Source of the DNA: an uncultured Eubacteriales bacterium
Lineage (GTDB): Bacteria > Bacillota > Clostridia > Oscillospirales > Acutalibacteraceae
Direction of reading: 5' to 3'
DNA: 24,143 nt
NCBI GenBank assembly: GCA_900313125.1
Contig: OMPZ01000124.1
Span: forward strand, 1-24,143
A program made the position numbers and the translations under genes. Under the pieces are notes generated by a model. That model worked only from the letters and a program-made list of their open reading frames with translations, had not been told where the DNA came from and made no database searches. Positions within the stretch are counted from its first letter, which is position 1. Each line of letters starts with the position of its first letter. Shown one piece after another: positions 7,932 through 15,622 of the stretch.

Positions 7932-7960
7932 TTGTATATTACGGGAAAATGTTGTAAAAT
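7932..7960 (+). promoter_or_regulatory. Sigma-A-like promoter of the 7996 gene
   Basis: TTGTAT-N17-TAAAAT. Confidence 0.6.
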
Positions 7961-7995
7961 AGATGTGTACGCATCAAATTGAAGGAGGCATCGCT

Positions 7996-8943
7996 ATGTC
8001 CGAAAAGTCCCGGAATGAAGAAAAAGAGAAGGAGCTTTCTCTTGGAAAAACAGATGAGGAAAATGACGCAGAGTCAAAGAATAATACAGCCGAGGGTGAA
8101 GATACCCCGCAGGAAAACAGACCCTCCGAAGCCGATAACGAAGAAGCTGACGAAAAGGAAGCCGAGCCAAAGCCCGTACTGCCGAGAAAAAGAAAGATTA
8201 CAAAGAACATACAGCTTTATGTTTCATGCGGCGTTGTGATATGCGCGGTGCTGACTCTGATAGTCTGGAGCCTTTTCTTTGACCAGAATATCATCGGCGA
8301 ATGGCATTATAACGCGGAGGGCTCGTATACCGAGACTTCCGACGATCCCGAAGCCGCCGAGAGCGCCGATGACGCTTCCGAGACGAAGGAATATAATGAA
8401 AGTATAACGTATGAGTTCACCGACGACGGTGTCTGCCGTGTAACGCTCGGCTCTATGACGCTTGAGGGTACATATCAGCTTGCCAGCACGAAGGACGACG
8501 GCAATCTTATGTCAGTAAACGTTGTCTACAACTATTCGCCCGTGTTCTACGGAACATACGTCTACAAGGTCAAGGGCAACCCCTTCACGGGCAAGAAGCT
8601 CGTGCTGACCGACAGATACAGCAGCTCCGAGGATCAGATACTGGAGGAGGGCGCTGCGGAGGATCTGCTCGTACCCTTTGAAAATGGTGAGCTTGACGAG
8701 AACCTGACAGGAGAATGGTACGATCCCGTTAATGAGATCACTTACCAGTTTACACCCGACGGCTACATGATAAGATCGACGTCCGACGGCTTTACAATAA
8801 GGAACGTTTATACTGTCATGTCGGAAGGAGTACTTCTCGTGACTTATTACAGCGACAAGGAGCAGTCCGACACGCTGAGCTATCAGTATAACGACGGTGT
8901 CCTTGCCATCGACGGCTACGAGCTTACAAAGATAAGCGGCTGA
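7996..8943 (+). CDS. Single-pass membrane protein with an acidic N-terminal tail and two repeated beta-rich extracellular domains
   Basis: GAAGGAGG RBS before ATG 7996. E/D/K-rich first ~70 aa, one TM (LYVSCGVVICAVLTLIVWSLFF), then two copies of GEW...ITY(E/Q)FT.DG. Confidence 0.85.
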   Translation: MSEKSRNEEKEKELSLGKTDEENDAESKNNTAEGEDTPQENRPSEADNEEADEKEAEPKPVLPRKRKITKNIQLYVSCGVVICAVLTLIVWSLFFDQNIIGEWHYNAEGSYTETSDDPEAAESADDASETKEYNESITYEFTDDGVCRVTLGSMTLEGTYQLASTKDDGNLMSVNVVYNYSPVFYGTYVYKVKGNPFTGKKLVLTDRYSSSEDQILEEGAAEDLLVPFENGELDENLTGEWYDPVNEITYQFTPDGYMIRSTSDGFTIRNVYTVMSEGVLLVTYYSDKEQSDTLSYQYNDGVLAIDGYELTKISG

Positions 8944-9020
8944 TATGTATAATAAATAAACCGCCGCGCCATGAAGCGGAAAAGATCTTCGCGCGCGGCT
9001 TGTGTAAAGGTGTGTATTAA

Positions 9021-9947
9021 ATGGAAACAGAACGCAGATGTGAGGAGCTTAACAACCATGACGTTTCTCTGCTTGTAGAGGAGCTGCTCGACAGCTACTG
9101 CAACTACGAGCTCACCTGCCGGATAGATAAACACAACATGGTCAACAAGGGCGTACTCGTGAGCATCGTCGAGGAGCTGAGGAAAATAGTTTTCCCCGGG
9201 TTCTTCGACAACAACAAGGTGCGCAGCGAGTATTCGCGCTACCTTGTCGGCGAGAAGCTTGAGTACGTTCAGTATAATCTGAAAAAGCAGATCGCGAAGG
9301 CTCTCGACAACGTAAAAGATGAGGACGACACCCGCGAGGACGTTATCGAAAAGGCCGACGAGATCACCTATAAATTTTTGCAGACGCTGCCGAAGATCAG
9401 GGAGTATCTCGCGACGGACGTTCAGGCGGCCTTCAACGGCGACCCCGCCGCGTTCAGCACCGACGAGATAATCTTCTGCTACCCGGGAATGCTTGCGATA
9501 ACGGTATACAGGATAGCCCATGAGCTGTACACGCTCAACGTGCCGCTCATACCCCGTATAATTTCCGAGTATGCCCACAGCATCACCGGTATAGATATCC
9601 ACCCCGGAGCCGACATCGGCAAGTATTTCTTTATCGACCACGGAACGGGCGTAGTTATCGGCGAAACGACCGTCATCGGCAAGAACGTCAAGATCTATCA
9701 GGGCGTTACGCTCGGCGCGCTTTCCACAAGAAAGGGTCAGCAGCTTCGCGGCACAAAGCGTCACCCCACGCTCGGCGACAATGTGACGATCTACTCCGGC
9801 ACCTCCGTTCTCGGCGGTGAAACGGTGATCGGCGACGGAGTTACTATCGGCGGCAACGCGTTTATTGTCAGCTCCGTGTCGAAGGGCACAAAGGTCAGCG
9901 TAAAAAATCCGGAGCTTGAGTTTATCCGTCCGGAAGAAACGGAATGA
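9021..9947 (+). CDS. cysE: Serine O-acetyltransferase (CysE/EpsC type)
   Basis: [53 protein letters not shown] hexapeptide-repeat motifs. Confidence 0.95.
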   Translation: METERRCEELNNHDVSLLVEELLDSYCNYELTCRIDKHNMVNKGVLVSIVEELRKIVFPGFFDNNKVRSEYSRYLVGEKLEYVQYNLKKQIAKALDNVKDEDDTREDVIEKADEITYKFLQTLPKIREYLATDVQAAFNGDPAAFSTDEIIFCYPGMLAITVYRIAHELYTLNVPLIPRIISEYAHSITGIDIHPGADIGKYFFIDHGTGVVIGETTVIGKNVKIYQGVTLGALSTRKGQQLRGTKRHPTLGDNVTIYSGTSVLGGETVIGDGVTIGGNAFIVSSVSKGTKVSVKNPELEFIRPEETE

Positions 9948-11014
9948 TAATGATGAAGAAAAAAATACGGCTGCTCGCCGTGCTGACGGCTTTCGCGGTC
10001 ATCATGAGCGCGCTTTCGGCGTGCAGCCTGAAGCTTACCGTTGACGACGACGAGACAGCAGTCTCGTCGCAAAGCGGCGGGGACGAGGGAAACGAGAGCA
10101 CGTCCGCAAGAAACGTGTCTGTCTCGATAATACAGTATTCCGACTATTCGTCGCTCAACGAGTGCTGCAGCGGCATCACGAAAAAGCTCGACGAAGCAAA
10201 GATCGGCTACGAGGTCACGGTCGGCTCGGAGCATAACGAAGCGAGCGACTGCGAAGAAAAAGCGCAGGATATCGCCATAAACAGCTCGTGCGACCTTGTC
10301 ATCGCGATAGGAACGCCCTGTGCCGAGACTGTCTGCCCGATCATCAGGTCGGCAGGCAGAATGCCGGTCGTGTTCTGCGCCGTGACCGACCCCGTCGGGA
10401 TCGGCATAGTTGACAGCACTTCGTCGCCCGGAGAAAACTGCACCGGCGTTGCCACAGCGTTCGATATCGACGAGCAGCTCAACATGATAAACACCTTCCA
10501 GCCGACGATAACGAGACTCGGAGTGATATACACAGAGTCGGAGCAGAATACGGCCGCTCAGCTCAAAACGCTCAAGGAGGGCGCGGAGAAGCTCGGCATC
10601 ACCGTCTATGCGGAGCCTGCCGACGACCCGTCGAAGCTTTCGGAGATAACGAAGGAGCTAATGACGAAGGTCGAAGCGATAGTTCTTCTGCCAGACAACA
10701 TGATCGCGAAAAATTCGTGGAATATCACGAGCCAGACGATCGCCGGTATGATACCGCTGTACGGCGTGAACCTTTCACAGGTGCAGGAGGGCGCGCTTGC
10801 CGGCTACTGCTACGACTTTTCGGCGCTCGGAGCGAAGGCAGCCGATAAGGCGATAGATATACTTCACGGCGAGAGCGCGGCGGATATGTCCGTTTCCGTG
10901 GAGCGCAGCGGTACGCTGTATGTAAACAAAGACCGCCTGAAGGACCTTGAGATGGAGATACCCGACGAGTACAAGCAGGCGGCGAACGAGGTAGCCACTT
11001 CTTACGAAAAATGA
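9944..11014 (+). CDS. ABC transporter substrate-binding lipoprotein (PF04392-like)
   Basis: Lipobox [25 protein letters not shown] and LGVIY...E.N motifs. ATGA overlap with the cysE stop; start could be 9944, 9950 or 9953. Confidence 0.88.
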   Translation: MIMMKKKIRLLAVLTAFAVIMSALSACSLKLTVDDDETAVSSQSGGDEGNESTSARNVSVSIIQYSDYSSLNECCSGITKKLDEAKIGYEVTVGSEHNEASDCEEKAQDIAINSSCDLVIAIGTPCAETVCPIIRSAGRMPVVFCAVTDPVGIGIVDSTSSPGENCTGVATAFDIDEQLNMINTFQPTITRLGVIYTESEQNTAAQLKTLKEGAEKLGITVYAEPADDPSKLSEITKELMTKVEAIVLLPDNMIAKNSWNITSQTIAGMIPLYGVNLSQVQEGALAGYCYDFSALGAKAADKAIDILHGESAADMSVSVERSGTLYVNKDRLKDLEMEIPDEYKQAANEVATSYEK

Positions 11015-11033
11015 TATATAAGGAGGCGTAAAA

Positions 11034-11411
11034 ATGAAGATCAGAGAATCGGCAGAGGATTATCTTGAGACGATCCTTATCCTGAAAAACAGAAACGGCG
11101 ATGTAAGGTCGATCGACATTGCGACAGAGCTGGGATATTCAAAGCCGAGCGTCAGCATTGCGATGAAGAACCTTCGCGAAAACGGCTACATCAGCGTTGA
11201 CTCGAAGGGCTACATCACGCTTGAGGAATCGGGCAAGGCGATCGCCGAGAAGATATACGAGCGGCACACGTTTTTGTCGGCGTGGTTCATCGAGCTGGGA
11301 GTAGACCCGAAAACAGCGGTTGAGGACGCCTGCCGTATGGAGCATATTATCAGCAACGATACGTTCGCGGCGATCAAAAAGCACGTAAAGCGTGTTAAAG
11401 GTGAAAAGTGA
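11034..11411 (+). CDS. mntR: Metal-dependent transcriptional regulator, DtxR/MntR family
   Basis: ESAEDYLETI, HTH SIDIATELGYSKPSVSIAMKNL, YERH, EDACRMEH metal-site residues. AAGGAGG RBS. Confidence 0.88.
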   Translation: MKIRESAEDYLETILILKNRNGDVRSIDIATELGYSKPSVSIAMKNLRENGYISVDSKGYITLEESGKAIAEKIYERHTFLSAWFIELGVDPKTAVEDACRMEHIISNDTFAAIKKHVKRVKGEK

Positions 11412-11420
11412 CCGTATGGT

Positions 11421-11443
11421 ATATGCCCTCTCTGAGGGCATAT
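11421..11443. other. Perfect 10-bp inverted repeat (hairpin or operator) between mntR and the next gene
   Basis: ATATGCCCTC-tct-GAGGGCATAT; only a weak T-run follows. Confidence 0.5.
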
Positions 11444-11486
11444 TCTTCGGATCAAACGCATAGCTTTGTTGGAGATATAGGTAAAT

Positions 11487-12380
11487 ATGGATCATTCTGT
11501 TTATGATGTACTTTTTCTGTTTATTATATACGCCTTTATGGGCTGGTGCGTTGAGGTCGTTTTTCACGCCGTGGTAAAGGGCAAGTTCATCAACCGCGGC
11601 TTTCAGATAGGTCCCATTTGCCCGATATACGGTTTCGGCGCGCTGTCGGTGATCCTTTTCCTCGAGCCGCTCAAAGCGTATTGGGGTCTTTTCTTCGCGG
11701 CGTCGGTCGCTTTCACTACGCTGATAGAGTTCATCGCGGGCTTTCTGCTCGAGAAGCTCTTTCACGAAAAGTGGTGGGACTACTCAAACGAGCCGTTCAA
11801 CATCAAGGGCTACATTTGCCCGCGCTTCTCGCTGATGTGGGGCTTCGCCTGCGTTATCGTCGTTTACGTCGTTCACCCGACCGTAATGGCGTTCGTGGGG
11901 CTGATACCCAAAACGCTGGGGATAGCGCTGCTTGCCGCTTTTTACTCCGCGTTCGCGGCAGACCTTGCCGTCACCCTGATAAACGTAATGCATATCAGGA
12001 GCAGCCTGAAGGCTATCGCCGAGATCGAAGGCTCGCTTGAAAGGCTTTCGGTGTCTATCGGTACAAATCTCAGCGATTCAACGCTCGCCATAGTCGATAA
12101 GACCGAAAAGCTCAAAACGGAGCTTGACGAGAGACAAGCCGAGCTCAAGGAGGCTGTCGAAACAGCGCAGTACGACCTGAGAGACGCCAAGATAAAGAAG
12201 CAGTCGCAGAAAAAGCTCGAAGAGCAGCGCCGCCGCGAGGAATACGAGAAAATGGCGGAGAAGCTCAGACAGTACAAAGAAAACGTATCGAAGCGCAGCC
12301 GCAGACTTCGCGCGGCATTCCCGAACATCGGTCAGGGGAGATACAAACACATTTTCAATGCGCCGCACGGTGATAAATAA
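11487..12380 (+). CDS. Putative ABC-transporter permease family protein (PF06541/DUF1113-like) with coiled-coil tail
   Basis: YAFMGWCVE...NRGFQIGPICPIYG...KWWDYSNEPFNIKGYIC motifs and an E/K/R-rich C-terminal helix. Confidence 0.85.
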   Translation: MDHSVYDVLFLFIIYAFMGWCVEVVFHAVVKGKFINRGFQIGPICPIYGFGALSVILFLEPLKAYWGLFFAASVAFTTLIEFIAGFLLEKLFHEKWWDYSNEPFNIKGYICPRFSLMWGFACVIVVYVVHPTVMAFVGLIPKTLGIALLAAFYSAFAADLAVTLINVMHIRSSLKAIAEIEGSLERLSVSIGTNLSDSTLAIVDKTEKLKTELDERQAELKEAVETAQYDLRDAKIKKQSQKKLEEQRRREEYEKMAEKLRQYKENVSKRSRRLRAAFPNIGQGRYKHIFNAPHGDK

Positions 12381-12428
12381 CGCTGTGTGCGTTACAAAAC
12401 CCGTATCAAACGGACGGAGGTAATATAT

Positions 12429-14018
12429 TTGTCAGATTTAAAAACCGAGATCAACAAACGGCGAACATTCGCCATAATTTCCCACCCGGACGCCGGTAAA
12501 ACTACGCTTACCGAAAAGCTGCTCCTTTACGGAGGCGCGATAAATTCGGCAGGCGCGGTAAAGGGCAAGCACTCCGCAAAGCACGCCGTTTCCGACTGGA
12601 TGGAAATTGAAAAGCAGCGTGGTATTTCCGTTACCTCGTCCGTACTTCAGTTCAGATACAACGGCTATTGCATAAACATTCTCGACACCCCCGGTCACCA
12701 GGACTTCTCCGAGGACACCTACCGCACGCTCATGGCTGCCGATTCCGCAGTCATGGTCATCGACGGGTCGAAGGGCGTTGAGAATCAGACGAAAAAGCTT
12801 TTCAAGGTCTGCGTTATGCGCCATATCCCGATCATCACGTTCATCAACAAAATGGACAGAGACGCCCAAAGCCCGTTCGACCTTCTCGAGGATATCGAAA
12901 CGGTGCTCGGGATAAACACCTGCCCGATGAACTGGCCTATCGGCAGCGGCAAGGAGTTCAAGGGCGTTTACGACAGGAAAAGCGAAAAGGTACTCGCCTT
13001 CACCGCCGCGATGAACGGTCAGAAGGAGGTCGAGAAAACCGAGATCGCGCTCGATTCGCCCGAGTTCGACGAGCTTGTCGGCTCGTATTACAAGCAGGAT
13101 CTTCTCGACGAGATCGAGCTGCTTGACGGCGCGGGCGACAACTTCGATTTGAGCGAAGTCCGCGCGGGACGTCTCACTCCCGTTTTCTTCGGCTCGGCGT
13201 TGACAAACTTCGGCGTAGAGCCGTTTTTGGAGGAGTTTTTGAACATAACGACTCCGCCCCTGCCGCGTGAAACGAACGTATCGACAGTCGATCCGGTAAA
13301 CGACGATTTCTCGGCGTTCGTTTTCAAGATACAGGCAAACATGAACAAGGCTCACCGCGACAGGATAGCGTTCATGCGTATCTGCTCGGGCAAGTTCGAC
13401 AAGAGCATGGAGGTCTACCACGTTCAGGGCAACAAAAAGCTCAGGCTCTCGCAGCCGCAGCAGCTCATGGCTCAGGACAGAGAGATAGTCGAGGAAGCGT
13501 ACGCCGGCGACATCATCGGCGTGTTCGACCCGGGCATCTTCTCGATAGGCGACACGGTCTGCGCGCCGGGCATGAAGGTGCAGTTCAAGGGTATCCCGAC
13601 CTTTGCGCCGGAGCATTTCGCGCTTATCCGCCAGAAGGACACCATGAAGCGCAAGCAGTTCGTCAAGGGTACGACTCAGATCGCCCAGGAAGGCGCGATA
13701 CAGATGTTCCAGGAGCTTGGCGGCGGTATGGAGGAGATAATCGTCGGCGTTGTCGGAACGCTCCAGTTCGACGTTCTCAAGCACCGACTCAGCAGCGAGT
13801 ACAACGTCGAGATAATCATGGAGACGCTGCCGTATCAGTTTATCCGCTGGATAACGAACGCCGTTATCGACCCGAAAACGCTCGACCTTGCGTCCGACAC
13901 AAAACGTATCCAGGATCTGAAGGGCAATTATCTTCTGCTCTTCACGAGCCAATGGAGCATCAACTGGGCGCTTGAACACAACAAGGGGCTGATGCTCGAA
14001 GAGTTCGGCTCAAAATAA
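12429..14018 (+). CDS. prfC: Peptide chain release factor 3
   Basis: RRTFAIISHPDAGKTT, DWMEIEKQRGIS, LDTPGHQDFSEDTYR, NKMD. Probable TTG start at 12429 after ACGGAGG. Confidence 0.97.
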   Translation: MSDLKTEINKRRTFAIISHPDAGKTTLTEKLLLYGGAINSAGAVKGKHSAKHAVSDWMEIEKQRGISVTSSVLQFRYNGYCINILDTPGHQDFSEDTYRTLMAADSAVMVIDGSKGVENQTKKLFKVCVMRHIPIITFINKMDRDAQSPFDLLEDIETVLGINTCPMNWPIGSGKEFKGVYDRKSEKVLAFTAAMNGQKEVEKTEIALDSPEFDELVGSYYKQDLLDEIELLDGAGDNFDLSEVRAGRLTPVFFGSALTNFGVEPFLEEFLNITTPPLPRETNVSTVDPVNDDFSAFVFKIQANMNKAHRDRIAFMRICSGKFDKSMEVYHVQGNKKLRLSQPQQLMAQDREIVEEAYAGDIIGVFDPGIFSIGDTVCAPGMKVQFKGIPTFAPEHFALIRQKDTMKRKQFVKGTTQIAQEGAIQMFQELGGGMEEIIVGVVGTLQFDVLKHRLSSEYNVEIIMETLPYQFIRWITNAVIDPKTLDLASDTKRIQDLKGNYLLLFTSQWSINWALEHNKGLMLEEFGSK

Positions 14019-14054
14019 TTTCTGTATATTTTTGCGGTTTCTGCAATTTTCGAC

Positions 14055-14098
14055 TCGCCGCCGAATATAGATTTATCATGATCTATATTCGGCGGTGA
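14055..14098 (+). promoter_or_regulatory. 18-bp stem-loop overlapping the sigK Shine-Dalgarno; possibly also the prfC terminator
   Basis: TCGCCGCCGAATATAGAT-ttatcatg-ATCTATATTCGGCGGTGA has one G-U pair and is followed by TATTTT-ATG. Confidence 0.6.
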
Positions 14099-14104
14099 TA
14101 TTTT

Positions 14105-14794
14105 ATGTTAGAGACAATAATTTCTTTTTTGAGCAATTTCGCACTCGTCGCGCTTCTGCACGTCGTGGGGGCAGGCTCGTTCCCTAAGCCTCTCTCTCCG
14201 AAGGAGGAGAAGCGTCAGCTTGAGCTGATGAGTGCCGGCAGCAGAGAAGCGAGAAATACGCTGATCGAGCATAATCTGCGACTCGTTGCCCACATCGTGA
14301 AAAAATACAGCAACATTCCCTGCGACAGCGACGACCTTGTTTCCATCGGAACGATAGGTCTCATCAAGGCGATCGACAGCTTTGACAACTCGAAGAACAC
14401 GAAGCTGTCAAGCTATGCGTCGCGCTGTATCGAAAACGAGATACTTATGTATTTCCGCAGCCGCAGGAAAAACGCGCTTGACATCTCTCTCGACGACACG
14501 ATAGATACCGACAAGGACGGCAACGCCCTGACGCTTATAGACATTCTCGCCGACGAGGTCGATATCCCCGAGCAGACTGCGATAAAGATCAACTCGGAGA
14601 AGGCGGCGCAATATCTGCAAGACCTGCCCGATCGCGAGCGCGAGATAATAGTGATGCGCTTCGGTCTCGACGGCAGCGACGCGCTCACTCAAAAGCAGAT
14701 AGCGTCTATGCTCGGGATATCGCGCTCGTACGTCTCGCGGATAGAAAAGCGCGCCGTAGAAATGCTCGCGGAAATGTTTGGCGAAACAAGGTAA
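14105..14794 (+). CDS. sigK: Sporulation sigma factor pro-SigK, uninterrupted
   Basis: Hydrophobic pro-sequence, then SFPKPLS, LIEHNLRLVAHIVKKY, DDLVSIGTIGLIKA, YASRCIENEILM, IGISRSYVSRIEK-like region 4 (LGISRSYVSRIEKRA). Confidence 0.93.
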   Translation: MLETIISFLSNFALVALLHVVGAGSFPKPLSPKEEKRQLELMSAGSREARNTLIEHNLRLVAHIVKKYSNIPCDSDDLVSIGTIGLIKAIDSFDNSKNTKLSSYASRCIENEILMYFRSRRKNALDISLDDTIDTDKDGNALTLIDILADEVDIPEQTAIKINSEKAAQYLQDLPDREREIIVMRFGLDGSDALTQKQIASMLGISRSYVSRIEKRAVEMLAEMFGETR

Positions 14795-14845
14795 AGCTGC
14801 GATAAAAGATTAAAGAAATGTAATTTTTATGATATTTAGTGTCTA

Positions 14846-14874
14846 TTGCTTTATCAGGCAGTATGTGGTAAAAT
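14846..14874 (+). promoter_or_regulatory. Sigma-A promoter of the nusB-recN cluster
   Basis: TTGCTT-N17-TAAAAT with TG-n extended -10; the predicted start near 14881 leaves a ~275-nt leader. Confidence 0.7.
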
Positions 14875-14923
14875 GATAAGAAGAGTTGTCGGCATCTGCC
14901 GATAATACAAAATAAGCCACCGT

Positions 14924-15147
14924 GAACAGGGGCAATGTTATCAGCTTAAAGATCATTAGATATCTGATCTGAACTGAAAACAGAAGAATGAATATTGAAG
15001 GCTCGGCGACCTCTCAGTCGCTTCGCTCCCGATCATACATACAGTATCTTGAGATCATAATAATAAAACAGCGCAGCGATCTTCCGATATTATTCATTCT
15101 TCAGTCTTAAGTTTTCAGCCTTAAATTGATGACATTGGGAACAGGGG
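14924..15147 (+). mobile_element. ~205-nt inverted-repeat-bounded structured element flanked by 9-bp direct repeats (MITE-like insertion or structured leader RNA)
   Basis: GAACAGGGG at 14924-14932 and 15139-15147. Inside: 14933-14944 pairs with 15126-15137, 14974-14981 with 15111-15118, and 14983-14994 with 15091-15102. No ORF. The structure is directly visible; the mobile-element identity is inference. Confidence 0.45.
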
Positions 15148-15154
15148 TACTTTT

Positions 15155-15622
15155 ATGAGCAGCAATAACGTTAAAGGCCACTCTAAGGAGGAGCGCGACG
15201 CTTTCATCGCAAAAATGCGCGATGCCCGCGAGCAGTGCTTTGCTATACTTTTTGAAATGACATTTACCGACGACAGCTATCAGGATATCCTCGATACGGC
15301 AGTTGAATCGCGCCTTATCGTTGCGGATGAGTTTACGGTAAAGATACTAGAATATTTCACGAACAACCGCGAGTCGGTCGACGATACGATAAAGTCGAAC
15401 CTCAAGGGCTGGACTTTCGAGCGGCTTGCGCGCGTTCCGCTCAGCATACTTCGCCTTGCGCTTTGCGAGCTTGCCTGCTGCAAAACGCCCGACAGCGTTG
15501 TGATAAACGAAGCGGTAGAGCTTACGAAAAAGTACGGCGCGGAGAAAGAGCCTGCGTTCGTAAACGCGGTCCTCGGCGCGGCGGTACGCAAAAAGAAGGA
15601 AAAAACAAACGATGAGCAGTAA
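15155..15622 (+). CDS. nusB: Transcription antitermination factor NusB
   Basis: AREQCFAILFE, W..ERL..V..SILRLA..E, VVINEAVEL.KKYG, FVNAVLG. Confidence 0.93.
   Translation: MSSNNVKGHSKEERDAFIAKMRDAREQCFAILFEMTFTDDSYQDILDTAVESRLIVADEFTVKILEYFTNNRESVDDTIKSNLKGWTFERLARVPLSILRLALCELACCKTPDSVVINEAVELTKKYGAEKEPAFVNAVLGAAVRKKKEKTNDEQ

Noticed and set aside
8916-9764. 282-aa minus-strand ORF
   Set aside because: Antisense shadow of cysE.
12438-13979. 513-aa minus-strand ORF
   Set aside because: Antisense shadow lying wholly within prfC, with the same cause as the pgm shadow.
14049-14055. Spo0A-box-like TTCGACT upstream of sigK
   Set aside because: One mismatch in a 7-mer; not distinguishable from chance.
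14105-14794. skin-type interruption of sigK
   Set aside because: The ORF is continuous and full length, with no recombinase gene nearby.
14881-15154. T-box or boxA antitermination signals in the nusB leader
   Set aside because: No T-box GGTGGNACC-type sequence and no boxA-like GCTCTTTAACA on the sense strand.
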